Position numbers and translations under genes: made by a program. The notes beneath the pieces are model-generated. The model ran no database searches. It was not told the DNA's origin and saw nothing but the letters and a program-made list of their open reading frames with translations. From positions 1-32,000 of the forward strand of contig CAZXTQ010000001.1 of the NCBI GenBank assembly GCA_964643595.1: DNA of 32,000 nucleotides, read 5' to 3'. Below, in pieces: positions 31,672-32,000 of this stretch. The DNA comes from an uncultured Methanosarcinales archaeon. Lineage in GTDB: Archaea; Nanobdellota; Nanobdellia; Woesearchaeales; UBA11576. The number at the start of each line of letters is the position of its first letter. The first letter of the stretch is position 1.

Positions 31672-31929
31672 ATGGCTACTCAGATATTATTCAAGGCTGA
31701 AAAGAAGTTTGTGGACGAGATAGACAAAGCTGTTAAAGAAGGCAACTACCAATCCCGTACGGAATTTATCCGCGAGTCTCTCCGGAAAAATATTGATGAG
31801 AAAAGACAGCAGAAAGCGATAGAGCAGATAGCAAAGATCCGTGGGAGTCTGAAGATCAACACGACTCAGGAAGAGCTTGACAAGATACGTGAAAAGGCGT
31901 GGGAAGAATATTCCAAGAGATTTAAATGA
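31672..31929 (+). CDS. Ribbon-helix-helix (CopG/Arc/MetJ-like) DNA-binding protein.
   Basis: MATQILFKAEKKFVDEIDKAVKEGNYQSRTEFIRESLRKNI is a typical RHH N-terminus. I prefer the internal ATG at 31672 to the track start at 31618. Confidence 0.65.
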   Translation: MATQILFKAEKKFVDEIDKAVKEGNYQSRTEFIRESLRKNIDEKRQQKAIEQIAKIRGSLKINTTQEELDKIREKAWEEYSKRFK

Positions 31930-32000
31930 GGTCTTCGGGTTTGTGGTGAGGGGATACATCTATCAAATCCAAAAAATGTTTGTCTCGTGTAATCAGCTCT

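Noticed and set aside
31946-32000. Possible GTG-initiated ORF (VRGYIYQIQKMFVSCNQL...) after the RHH gene, which could be a toxin partner.
   Set aside because: Only 18 codons are visible before the window ends, so it cannot be evaluated.

Overview
Moderately AT-rich archaeal chromosome segment. Archaeal markers are ribosomal protein S3Ae, the Bud32 kinase, a type-2 methionine aminopeptidase, and TTTATAAA-type TATA boxes about 26-29 nt upstream of several start codons (leaderless genes). The gene content (giant LamG surface protein, small genes) looks DPANN-like, but that cannot be proven from this window. Main blocks in order: (1) 1-4444, minus strand: a giant modular LamG surface protein that runs off the window. 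It is missing from the ORF track because it has no in-window stop. It is preceded by a tandem-HTH ORF with no in-frame start codon and by a phased 16-bp repeat array. (2) 7399-14447, minus strand: a seven-gene operon joining an archaeal-type three-subunit acyl-CoA carboxylase to FabG-like, crotonase, KAS III and Cys-nucleophile hydrolase genes. birA lies next to it, and no ACP, FabD, FabF or FabI is visible in the window. (3) 14590-18491: a roughly 1007-aa membrane protein with no family I can recognise and a possible C-terminal kinase-like motif string, translationally coupled to a PHP phosphoesterase. This pair is my best candidate for an undescribed system, together with the acyl operon. 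(4) Housekeeping genes (S3Ae, ferredoxin, trkAH, map, hisS, bud32) interspersed with three copies of a roughly 170-bp palindromic MITE-like element sitting next to promoters. Also here are a 1020-bp cassette bounded by 63-bp direct repeats of the map 3' end, a RelE/RHH toxin-antitoxin pair, a Kazal-domain lipoprotein and two paralogous 72-aa membrane peptides. I recognised no rRNA, tRNA or CRISPR array. All protein calls rest on motif recognition by eye, with no database search.
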